Source of the DNA: an uncultured Trueperaceae bacterium | GTDB lineage: Bacteria > Deinococcota > Deinococci > Deinococcales > Trueperaceae | Assembly (NCBI GenBank): GCA_963815215.1 | Contig: CAWFFU010000003.1 | Location: 1 to 64,000 of the forward strand | Length of the DNA stretch: 64,000 bases | Direction: 5' to 3' | Shown: positions 1-10,052 of the stretch, one piece after another | Numbering within the stretch: the first letter of the stretch is position 1 | Layout of the letters: each line of letters starts with the position of its first letter | Made by a program: the position numbers and the translations under genes | The notes under the pieces: generated by a model | What the model saw: only the letters and a program-made list of their open reading frames with translations | Database searches by the model: none | Told to the model about the DNA's origin: nothing

Positions 1-1406
1 CTCGAATCGCTCGACGCGCCCCTCCCACTCCGGCTTTCGCGCGAATTCGCGCTCGTGGCGAGCACGGCGCTCGAAGCGCACGATCCGGACCATTCCGTCC
101 GCCTGCGGCTCGAGCACCAGGCGCACACGGTCCCGTTCGAGAGGATGCGCTCCAGGACGCGGTGCTCAGGCATGGCGTCGGCTCCGCCGCGGCGTCCCTA
201 AGGACCTCGTCGAAGCCCTCCCGCTTGACCACCGTCCACGCCCACGCGACCGGCTTGCGCTTGCCCATCGCCCGCGCCTCGACAGCGAGGCTCGTGAAGC
301 GGGACAACAGCGACCAGGCGTAGGTCGAGCCCGTCTCGGCCTCGGCGCGCACCGCTGCCCACAGCGCCCGGCGCCACAGGTTGGTGAAGCCATCGATCGG
401 CACCGGGCGCGCTCGGCCGTCACGGAAGCGGTAGCCGGCGATGCCATCGCGGGGCTCGGGCAGCGGGGCGTGGTCGCGCGGTCGGTCGTCGCCGAAGCGA
501 CGCGCCAGGGTCGTGGCGGCAAGGTTCACCCAGCGCTTGCGGGCGCGGCGAACGCTCTGCCCGCGCGTCTCGGCCCGGCCCACGGCGATGGAAAGGTCCG
601 CACGGAGCGCGTTCAGCACGTGCGCATCCGGAATGTCGGCGTATAGGGTAGCGAGATCTTCTCTTACCGGCTCGAGCGAGCGGCCCACGTGCAGCATGAC
701 CCAGTTGTGGTTCCGGGCCTCCTCCCTCACGGGCCTATATGCCGACATTCGGGGGGAGCGCCGACCGTATCGGTCCCGCGACGGGTCGGCAGGCGCTCGT
801 GCGGCCGGCGTCGGCCTCCTCGATCAGGTCGCGCTCGCCCCAGCGCTTCACGCGCGCGTTCGGGCTCTGGCGGCCCCGCGGGAAGAAGCGGATGACGGTG
901 CCCACGATGCAGGGGCGCGAGGCGTCGCCGGCCTTGAGCTCCCCGTAGTTGTGGCGAACGTCGATGAGATGGCGGACGGTCGGGCTCCAGGGGTGGCCGT
1001 CTTCGACCAGGTGGCGCATCAGGGTGCGTTCGCTCTTGCCGGTGGCCTCGCTCAGGGTCCAGTAGGTGGTGAGGAGGTGCGGGGCCGGGTCCTCTTCGGT
1101 GGCGTGCTCGATCGACCAGCGGGCGAGGAGGTGGAGCGTGGGGTAGGCGGGGCCGAGGGCGTCGCGGTAGGGGGAGAGGAGAGCGGTTGCCTCGGCGTGC
1201 GACGGGTGGACCGCTGCCGCAGGGTGGACGGACGGCGGCGCGGAAGGGGTCTCGAGTGCGCTCTGGCCGGCTGGGCTTGCCCCGTGCGGCTCGAGCCCTT
1301 CGTCGCCGAACATGCGCCGGGCGAAGGCCTCGCCCTTGAGGCGGGCCATGGCGTCGAAGACGAGACGTTGGCTGTCCGGCGAAGGTTGACGATCGCTGGC
1401 GGTCAT
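1..1406 (-). pseudogene. Thermus/Deinococcus-type plasmid replication initiator (Rep), split by a frameshift; 3' part runs off the window edge
   Basis: ORF 735..1406 has an HTH-like segment (LSEATGKSERTL) and ends RDLIEEADAGRT. The +1 frame continues from about 790 downwards as RYGRRSPRMSAY..LYADI..LARRFGDDRP..GFTNLWRRALWAAVRA..KPVAWAWTVVKREGFDEVLR with no stop before position 1. Family recalled from memory of Thermus-type RepA proteins. Confidence 0.6.
631..750. repeat. 17-bp inverted repeat (16/17 match, 86-bp spacer) inside rep; candidate Rep-binding origin
   Basis: GAATGTCGGCGTATAGG at 631-647 and CCTATATGCCGACATTC at 734-750. Confidence 0.85.
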
Positions 1407-1479
1407 GGGCGGCCGCCGGTCGTGTATGGGCCCGTGGATGGATGTATAGCAGCCGAAAAGCAGCCGTTGGGTAAGACGG

Positions 1480-1510
1480 AGGCCGAGCGCGCCTGTTGGC
1501 GGCTCGGCCT
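1480..1510 (-). terminator. Hairpin downstream of tRNA-Ala
   Basis: AGGCCGAGC..CGCC-loop-GGCG..GCTCGGCCT stem. Confidence 0.5.
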
Positions 1511-1535
1511 TTCGCGTGTGCGACGTCCTTCTCTT

Positions 1536-1611
1536 TGGTGGAGCCTGCCGGATTCGAACCGGCGACCCTTCGCTTGCAAAGCGAATGCTCTCCCAGCTGA
1601 GCTAAGGCCCC
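1536..1611 (-). tRNA. tRNA-Ala (UGC)
   Basis: Reverse complement reads GGGGCCTTAGCTCAGCTGGGAGAGCATTCGCTTTGCAAGCGAAGGGTCGCCGGTTCGAATCCGGCAGGCTCCACCA. Cloverleaf, TGC anticodon, encoded CCA. Confidence 0.97.
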
Positions 1612-1668
1612 GAGGTGGGTGCACGGACTCGTGCGGAACGCCGCCGACGGCGCCGCCGTGCGCCCCTG

Positions 1669-1697
1669 AGGATACGCGCGACGCGCAACCCTGTCAA
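1669..1697 (-). promoter_or_regulatory. sigma70-type promoter for tRNA-Ala
   Basis: TTGACA-17 bp-TATCCT on the minus strand. Confidence 0.75.
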
Positions 1698-1746
1698 GCG
1701 CAGGTGTGAACGTGCAGGACGGTCTTTCCGGGGGTGGTCGGCCCGT

Positions 1747-2817
1747 TCAGCCGAGGTCTTCGGCCGCCGTAACGGGGCGGGCGAAGATCATGCGACCCAT
1801 GTTGGTCTGCAGGCTGCTCGTCACCGCCACCTCGATGGTGCGACCGACGAGATCGTTGGCGTCCTCGACGACGACCATGGTGCCGTCCTCGAGGTAGGCC
1901 AGGCCCTGGCCCTGCTCGCGGCCCGTCCGTACGATGCTCAGCGAGAGCTTCTCGCCCGGCAGGAAGGTGGCCTTCACGGAGTTGGCGAGCTGGTGCAGGT
2001 TGAGCACGCGCACGCCCTGCAGGGCGGCGACGCGGCTGAGGTTGTAGTCGGTGGTGATGAGGTCGGCGCCGCGCGCCTGGCACACCCGGACCAGCTTCTC
2101 GTCGACCGCGGAGGTGGTGCCCGGGTCGTCCTGGATGACCTCGGTAGGGATGCTGCGCTCCTTGGCGATGCGGTCGAGCACCTCCAGGCCGCGACGGCCG
2201 CGTTGGCGCCTCAGCGGCTCGTCGGAATCGGCGATGCGCTGAAGTTCGCTCAACACGAAGTTGGGGATGAGCAAGGTGCCGTCGACGAAGTTGGACTCCG
2301 CGACGTCGGCGATGCGCCCGTCGATGATGGCCGAGGTGTCGATGACCTTGTCACGGAGGCTGCCCGGCCGGGGCACCACCGGTCCCTGGGACCGACTGAA
2401 GGTGAACAGCTGGCGGTTGACCACGAAGAACGAGGACGCTGCCCCCACCAGCACCAACGCGATGAGCAACGACCAGTACCAGGTGAAGCCCGGCACCGTG
2501 GCGAGCAGGTTGTTGAGCAGCACGGTCACCAGCAGCGCCAGCGTGGCGCCGGTGCCCGCGGCGAGCACGGCCTCGGGTGGCGTCTTGGCGGCCCGGGCCA
2601 TGAGACGTCCCCAGGCTCCCGCGGTGCGGTGGGCCAGGGTGCCGCCTGCCAGGTAGGCGAAGAGCAGTCCCAGGAGCGTGAGGTAGAGCAGGTTGTTGGG
2701 ACCCGTCAGCAGGCCCCGGTCGAGCAGCAGCACGGCCAGGCCGTACCCCACCAGGCCGCCGATCAGGCTGAAGACCGCCCGGGCCAGGAACGTGGCGGTG
2801 TTCGCCGAGTCGCTCAC
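1747..2817 (-). CDS. Membrane PIN/TRAM-domain protein (YacL-like)
   Basis: N-terminal TM helices, PIN motif DTSAIIDGRI, C-terminal TRAM (GLAYLEDGTMVVVE..GRMIFA). GTG start overlaps the radA stop. Confidence 0.9.
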   Translation of the reverse strand: MSDSANTATFLARAVFSLIGGLVGYGLAVLLLDRGLLTGPNNLLYLTLLGLLFAYLAGGTLAHRTAGAWGRLMARAAKTPPEAVLAAGTGATLALLVTVLLNNLLATVPGFTWYWSLLIALVLVGAASSFFVVNRQLFTFSRSQGPVVPRPGSLRDKVIDTSAIIDGRIADVAESNFVDGTLLIPNFVLSELQRIADSDEPLRRQRGRRGLEVLDRIAKERSIPTEVIQDDPGTTSAVDEKLVRVCQARGADLITTDYNLSRVAALQGVRVLNLHQLANSVKATFLPGEKLSLSIVRTGREQGQGLAYLEDGTMVVVEDANDLVGRTIEVAVTSSLQTNMGRMIFARPVTAAEDLG

Positions 2818-4151
2818 GAGACCTCTCCCCACACGCGCTCGATCGCCTGACGCAGGTCGGCTACGCCGCCGTCCAGTTCGCGGGAGCGGGGGCCCACCAG
2901 GAGCGGGTGGTCCGCGCGACGCGCTTCTTCGAGGCGGCGCCCGAGATGACCCACCGAACGGACCTCGCCCGCCAGCCCCACCTCGCCCACCAACGCGGTG
3001 CGCTCGGGCAGGGGGCGGTTGGTGACGGCGGAGTAGACCGCCAGCGCCACCGCCAGGTCGGCTCCGGGATCGGTGAGCCGCAGGCCGCCGGCGACGTTCA
3101 CGAAGATGTCGAGGTCGGCCAGCGGCAGGCCGAGCCGGCGTTCCAGCACGGCCAGCACCACATCGACGCGGCGCTGCTCGAGCCCTTGCACCACACGCCG
3201 CGGCGACGCGTAGGGCGTCTTCGAGGCCAGCGCCTGCACCTCCAGCAGCAGCGGCCGCTGCCCCTCCAGGGCAGCCACCACCACCGACCCCGGTACGCCG
3301 TGGGGACGCTCGGCCAGGAACGCTTCCGACGGGTTGGGGACCGCGCGCATGCCGGACTGGGCCATATCGAAGACGCCCACCTCGCCGGCCGGGCCGTAGC
3401 GGTTCTTGATGGCCCGGAGCACCCGCAGGCCGGCCGCCGACTCCAGAGCGAAGGTGGCGTCGACGACATGCTCGATGACCTTGGGGCCGGCGATCGACCC
3501 TTGCTTGGTGACGTGACCGATGAGCACCAGCGTGCTGCCGCTCTCCTTGGCCGCCGCGACCAGCAGGGCCGTGCCGTCGCGCACTTGACTCAGCGTGCCG
3601 GGCGTGCCCTCGGGGTCGGCCAGCAGGGTCTGGATGGAATCGACGATGACGAGGTCGGGGGCGGCGGCGCGCACGTGCTCGGCCAGCGCACCGGCGTCGG
3701 TCTCGCGCGTCAGCAGCACGCCGTGCGACAGCCCCAGGCGCTCGGCGCGAAGGCGAACCTGCGCCAGCGACTCCTCGCCTGCCACGTACAGGGTGCTGCG
3801 CCCCGCCTCCACGGCGTGGTGGGCGAGTTGCAGCAGCAACGTCGACTTGCCGATGCCGGGTTCGCCCGCCAGCAGCAGCGCCGAGCCCGGCACCCAGCCG
3901 CCGCCGAGGACGCGGTCGACCTCGGCGTCACCGGAGCTCAACCGGACCAGCTGCGCGTCGGTCACGGATTCCAGGGCGATGGGCACGACGCGGTGCAGCG
4001 CGCCGCGCGACGCCTTTCTCGGGCCGCTGTCGGCGCCGAGGACCTCCTCGTCGAGGCTGTTCCAGGCGCCGCAACGGGGGCAGCGCCCCATGGGCGTGGC
4101 GGAGTGCCCACCGCATTCGCGGCACACGTACCGGAGGCTCACGCGAGCCAT
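2814..4151 (-). CDS. radA: DNA repair protein RadA/Sms
   Basis: C4 zinc finger, Walker A GEPGIGKST, KNRYG motif, Lon-like C-terminal domain. Confidence 0.95.
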   Translation of the reverse strand: MARVSLRYVCRECGGHSATPMGRCPRCGAWNSLDEEVLGADSGPRKASRGALHRVVPIALESVTDAQLVRLSSGDAEVDRVLGGGWVPGSALLLAGEPGIGKSTLLLQLAHHAVEAGRSTLYVAGEESLAQVRLRAERLGLSHGVLLTRETDAGALAEHVRAAAPDLVIVDSIQTLLADPEGTPGTLSQVRDGTALLVAAAKESGSTLVLIGHVTKQGSIAGPKVIEHVVDATFALESAAGLRVLRAIKNRYGPAGEVGVFDMAQSGMRAVPNPSEAFLAERPHGVPGSVVVAALEGQRPLLLEVQALASKTPYASPRRVVQGLEQRRVDVVLAVLERRLGLPLADLDIFVNVAGGLRLTDPGADLAVALAVYSAVTNRPLPERTALVGEVGLAGEVRSVGHLGRRLEEARRADHPLLVGPRSRELDGGVADLRQAIERVWGEVS

Positions 4152-4292
4152 GGCGTCACCCTCCCCCGGGGCACAGTCGCCCACATGCCGCCCACGATAC
4201 CGCGCGACGTACGCTGCGGACCGACGTTCTGGGCAGGGATGCGTTCCCGGACCGACGCGCGGACGACGAGCCGGACGCGCGCCATCGGCCGA

Positions 4293-6500
4293 TCAGACCA
4301 TGGGCACGGGCCGTGCGAAGACCACCCGGCCCTCTTCGACGGTCACCAGCAGCGGTTCCTCGGAGCCGTGCTGCAGGATCTCCAGTGACAGCGGGTCCTC
4401 GATGTGCTCGCGGAGGATGCCTCGTATGGGGCGAGCGCTCTCGCCGCGCGGCAGCTTGTCCACCAGGAACTCGGCGACCTCCTTGGAGAAGGTCACGTGG
4501 ATGTCCCGGCCGGCGAGCTCACCCCGGATGTCCTCGAGCATCTGCTGGGTGATGACGACGATGCCTTCGCGGTCGAAGGTCTCGAACACGATGACCTCGT
4601 CGAGGCGATCCAGGAACTCGGGACTGAAGATGCCCTTCAGCGGCGAGTTGGAGTCCTGCTTGCCCTCCTCCTGGAAGCCGATGGTGGAGCCGCGATTGAA
4701 GCCGGTGTTGCTCGTCATGATCAGGATGACGCGGCGGAAGTCGACCGTGCGCCCCAGGCCGTCGGTGAGGCGGCCGTCGTCGAGCACCTGCAGGAAGGTG
4801 TTGTAGATGTCGGCGTGCGCCTTCTCGATCTCGTCGAGGAGCACCACGCTGAACGGCTGCCTGCGAACCGCCTCGGTCAGTCGGCCGCCCTGCTCGTGCC
4901 CGACATACCCGGGAGGGGCACCGATCAGCTTGGAGATGCTGTGGGACTCCTGGAACTCGGACATGTCGAGCCGCACCAGCGCCCGCTCGCTGCCGAACAG
5001 CTCGAGGGCGAGCTGCTTGGCCAGGAACGTCTTGCCGACACCCGAGGGCCCCACGAACATGAACGACGCGGCCACCCGGGTCCGGCCGCCGAGGCCGACC
5101 CGCGCGCGCCGCAACGCCGAGGCCAGGGCGCGGATGGCCTTACTCTGACCGACCACGCTGCGCTCCAGGTTCTCCTCGATGTGGGCGAGCTTCTCGGAGT
5201 CGGTCTCGTCGACGTAGATGCCCCCCCAGGAGTTCACCACCGCCTCCAGGTCCTCGCGGGTGACGACGGGCGTGCCGTCCTCCTCCTCGACCACCGGGAA
5301 GCCGAGCGACTTGTTGAGGCGGGTGCGGGCGGCGGCCTCGTCGATGAGGTCGATCGCCTTGTCGGGGAAGTTGCGGCCCGGCAGGCTGCGCTCGCCGTAG
5401 CGCACCGACATGCGGAGCATCTCCTGGGGGATGATCACGCCGTGGTGGGACTCGTACTTCTCGCGTAGGCCCTCGAGGATCTCCAGCGACTCCTCGGGGG
5501 AGGGCTCGAGCACGATGACCGGCTGGAAGCGCCGCTCCAGCGCGGCATCCTTCTCGATGTACCGGTGGTACTCGCCGGTGGTGGTGGCACCGATCACCTG
5601 CACCTCGCCCCGCGACAGGGGAGGCTTCAGGATGTTGGCGGCGTCGAGCGTGCCTTCGGCGCCGCCCGCACCCACGAGCGTATGCAGCTCGTCGATGAAC
5701 GCGACCACCTTGGCGTTGCGCAGCTCCTCGATGACCTGCCGCAGGCGCTCCTCGAACTCGCCGCGGTACTTGGTGCCGGCCACGATGTTGCTCAGGTCGA
5801 TCGAAAGCACCCGCACGTTGGCGAGGTTGGGCGGCACCCGGCCCTCCACGATGGCCTGCGCCAGTCCCTCGACGATGGCGGTCTTGCCGACCCCCGGCTC
5901 GCCGATGAGCACCGGGTTGTTCTTGGTGCGGCGCGTCAGGATCTGGATGACGCGCCGGATCTCTGCGGTGCGGCCGATGACCGGGTCGAGCTTGTCCTCG
6001 CGCGCCTCCTTGGTGAGGTCGCGGGCGTACTCGTCCAGGAACGGCGTGTTGACCGTCTCCGTCTGGTTCTTGGGATCGGCGGCAGCCAGGATGCGCCAGC
6101 GCACCGTGTCGACGTCGCGCGTCAGGTTCTGGAGGATGCGGTAGGCAACGCCGTCGCCCTCGCGGATGATCCCGAGCAGGATGTGCTCGGTGGCGATGAC
6201 ATTGCTGCCCAGGCTGCGCGCCTCGGACCCCGCCAGCTCCATCACACGCCGTGCGCGCGGGGTGATGGCCGCCGTCTCGTTGCGGGGCAGACCGTCCCCG
6301 CGCCCCACCATCTCCTCGACCTGCCGACGGAAGCCCTCGAGGGTCGCGCCGAACTCGGCCAGCACCTTGCTGGCCGTTCCCCCCTCGCGCATCAGGCCCA
6401 GAAGCAAGTGCTCGGGACCGATCATGGCGTGCCCGAGCTTGGAGCCCTCCTCGCGGGCGAAGTGGAAGACCAACCTCGCTCGATCGTCGTACCTGTTCAA
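4293..6500 (-). CDS. clpC: ATP-dependent Clp protease ATPase subunit (ClpC/ClpA type)
   Basis: Clp-N repeats and two AAA+ modules (GEPGVGKT, GPSGVGKT). TTG start at 6500 after GGAGG; the upstream part of the 1056-aa ORF is antisense to glyQ. Confidence 0.92.
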   Translation of the reverse strand: MNRYDDRARLVFHFAREEGSKLGHAMIGPEHLLLGLMREGGTASKVLAEFGATLEGFRRQVEEMVGRGDGLPRNETAAITPRARRVMELAGSEARSLGSNVIATEHILLGIIREGDGVAYRILQNLTRDVDTVRWRILAAADPKNQTETVNTPFLDEYARDLTKEAREDKLDPVIGRTAEIRRVIQILTRRTKNNPVLIGEPGVGKTAIVEGLAQAIVEGRVPPNLANVRVLSIDLSNIVAGTKYRGEFEERLRQVIEELRNAKVVAFIDELHTLVGAGGAEGTLDAANILKPPLSRGEVQVIGATTTGEYHRYIEKDAALERRFQPVIVLEPSPEESLEILEGLREKYESHHGVIIPQEMLRMSVRYGERSLPGRNFPDKAIDLIDEAAARTRLNKSLGFPVVEEEDGTPVVTREDLEAVVNSWGGIYVDETDSEKLAHIEENLERSVVGQSKAIRALASALRRARVGLGGRTRVAASFMFVGPSGVGKTFLAKQLALELFGSERALVRLDMSEFQESHSISKLIGAPPGYVGHEQGGRLTEAVRRQPFSVVLLDEIEKAHADIYNTFLQVLDDGRLTDGLGRTVDFRRVILIMTSNTGFNRGSTIGFQEEGKQDSNSPLKGIFSPEFLDRLDEVIVFETFDREGIVVITQQMLEDIRGELAGRDIHVTFSKEVAEFLVDKLPRGESARPIRGILREHIEDPLSLEILQHGSEEPLLVTVEEGRVVFARPVPMV

Positions 6501-6677
6501 GGTGCCCTCCGAAGGGGAGAAGGAGGCGTCGGTCGATTCGGCCCCATGCTGCTCGCCTTTCGTGGCCGAATCATGATGGTATAGTACCCGCCTGATGTGA
6601 GTCCAGAAAGGGCCTTCGTTACGTTTGCCCCGCGCTGGACCCGAACTGGAACGCTGCGCACGCTTCGAGGAGCTTCT

Positions 6678-7546
<869 letters not shown>

Positions 7547-7547
<1 letters not shown>

Positions 7548-9673
7548 TGCCGGACCTGCTGTTCGAGATCGGCACCGAGGAGCTGCCGAGCTGGTACGTC
7601 GACGAGGGGCGCGCCGCGCTGGCGCAGCTCTTCGAGGAGCGGCTGGCGATCGCCGGTCTGGCCGCAGAGCGAGTGCGCGGCTTCAGCACGCCCCGCCGGC
7701 TGGCGGTGCTGGCCGAGGGGTTGCCGGAGCGTAGCGAGGTCCGCGAGGAGCTGCGTCGCGGTCCGGCCGCCGACGTGGCCTTCGACGACAGCGGCGCGCC
7801 GACGCGCGCCGCGCGCGGCTTCGCAGCTTCCAGCGGCGTCGAGCCGACCGAGCTGGAGATCCGCGACACCGAACGCGGGCGCTACGTCTTCGTGCGCCTG
7901 AAGCGCGGTGGCGACCCGACGTCGGGCGTGCTGCCGGGACTGCTGGCGGAGCTGGTGGGGGACCTGCCGGCGCCCCGCAAGATGCGCTGGGCGGACGTGG
8001 AGACGCCCTTCATGCGGCCCGTGCAGTGGTTGTTGGCGATGCTCGACGACACCGTGCTGGAGTTCCAGGCCGCAGGCGTGCGGTCGGGAGCCACCACCCG
8101 TGGCCACCGTTTCCTGGCGCCAGGCGAGGTTCGCCTGCGCCACGCCTCGAGTTACCTCGACACACTGCGGGAGGCCTCGGTACTGGCCGACCCCGACGAA
8201 CGCGACGAGGCGACCTGGGGCGCGGTGTGCGAGGCGGCCGGCCGGGAGGGCCTCACGGCTCATGACGACCCCGCCTTGCGCGCCGAGGTCCGCAACCTGG
8301 TGGAGTATCCGGTGGCGGTGCTGGGCCGCTTCGACGAAGGCTACCTGGAGCTCCCGGACGAGGTGCTGAGCACGGTGATGATCCACCACCAGCGCTTCTT
8401 CCCGACCCACGCCGCAGACGGGACCTTGGCGCGCTACTTCGTGGGCGTCTCCAACAACCGCGTGATCGACGAGAAGGTCGTGCGTGCCGGGTACGAGCAG
8501 GTCCTCGAGGGACGGCTCTACGACGCGCGCTTCTTCTGGGATACCGATCGTCGCAAGAGCCTGTCGCAACACGCGTGGGGCCTGTCGGGGATCGCTTTCC
8601 AGAAGGATCTGGGGAGCATGGCCGACAAGATCGCCCGCGTCAGCGACGTGGCCGCCCGGCTGGCGGAGGCGTTGGAGCTGCCCAAGGAGGGGCGGGCGGC
8701 GCTGGACCAGGCGTTGCCGATCTTCCGCGCCGACCTGTCCACCGACATGGTGTTCGAGTTGCCCGAGCTGGAGGGGGTCATGGCCCGGGCCTACGCCCGC
8801 GCCGAGGGGCTCTCCGAGGAGGTCGCGCAGGCCCTGGAGGACGGGGTGCTGCCGCGCGGCCCGGGCGACCGTCTGCCGGCTACCGCCATCGGCGCGGTGC
8901 TGGCGGTGGCGGACCGCATCGACAAGGTGATGGGCTTCTTCGCGCTGGGTAAGCGCCCGTCCGGCTCGGCCGACCCCTTCGCGCTGCGGCGCGACGGCCT
9001 CGGCATCGCGCGGGTTCTCAACGCACAAGGCTGGCGGCTGCCGCTGGCCGATCTTGTGCTCGAGGGTGCGGCCCCGCACCGCGCCAATGGCCTCGACATC
9101 CCGGCCGAGGGCGAGGCTGAGGTGGAACGCTTCCTCTGGGACCGCGTCGGCTCGCTGCTCAACGATCAGGGCATGCCCGTTGCCGTGGTGCGGGCCGCGG
9201 TGCAGGGCAGTCGGAGCGTCATCGACGCTTCACGGCGGGCGCACCTGTTGCGCTCGCTGATGCGCCAGGAGGAGTTCCCCGACCTGATGGCGCTGTACAA
9301 GCGCGCGGCCAACCTCGCCCGCCAGGAGGAACGGCGCCGCAACGTCAAACCCGGCCTGTTCCGCAACGAGTATGAGGCGCCTCTGTTCGAGGCGCTGCCC
9401 GAAGCTCGTCGAGGCGTGGAGGCGCTGCTGGCGCAGGTGCGGGAGGCGCTGCCGGGTTGGGATCTGGCGCAACCGCCCGAGACGCCGCTGGGTGAGCTGG
9501 GCGACGAGGTCCGCGCCGTGCTGGCGCTCAAGGCACCGCTCGACGCCTTCCTCGACAACGTGCTGGTGATGGTCGACGAGCTCGAGGTACGCGGCAATCG
9601 GCTGGCGCTGTTGCGCGAGGTGACCGAGGTGCTGCGCGAGCTCGGCGCGCTCGACCAGCTCGAAGGGGCCTGA
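7547..9673 (+). CDS. glyS: Glycine-tRNA ligase beta subunit
   Basis: LLFEIGTEELP, TPRRLA and SGSADPFALRR motifs. TGATG overlap with glyQ. Confidence 0.96.
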
Positions 9674-9697
9674 GGCCGGGCCGGATCGAGGAGCCCT

Positions 9698-9985
9698 GTG
9701 GACCTCGCCTTCGAAGGGCCGCTGTTCAGGTGGGTGGGTCCCGCGCCCTGGTACTTCGTGGCCGTCCCGGTCGAGCACTGTGACTTCCTGCGGCATGCGT
9801 CGCCGGTCGTGAGCTACGGCTGGGGCATGATCCCGGTCACGGTCCGCATCGGCGGCACGGCGTGGAGGACCTCGCTGTGGCCCAAGGACGGCGTCTACCT
9901 GGTGCCCGTGAAGGCGGCCGTACGGAAGGCGGAGCGGCTGGCCGAGGGCGATACCGTCGAGCTGCGGCTCGAGGTCGGCCCCTGA
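9698..9985 (+). CDS. DUF1905-family protein
   Basis: GWGMIPVTVRIG..WRTSLWPK..YLVPVKAAVRK pattern. Confidence 0.75.
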   Translation: MDLAFEGPLFRWVGPAPWYFVAVPVEHCDFLRHASPVVSYGWGMIPVTVRIGGTAWRTSLWPKDGVYLVPVKAAVRKAERLAEGDTVELRLEVGP

Positions 9986-10052
9986 GTCGGAGAGCCGTCG
10001 GCCCCCACCGCACCGGTGCAGGGGCCGACCTCGTCAGGACGCCCGTGCTGGG

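Larger units (their letters stand above)
1..1535. mobile_element. Probable edge of an integrated plasmid-like element at the 3' end of tRNA-Ala
   Basis: The Rep-like gene starts 130 bp from the tRNA CCA end. No integrase or att duplication is visible in the window. Confidence 0.4.

Noticed and set aside
6585..6677. Possible T-box leader before glyQS (also checked before trpS)
   Set aside because: The leader is too short and has no T-box consensus or antiterminator. trpS looks leaderless.
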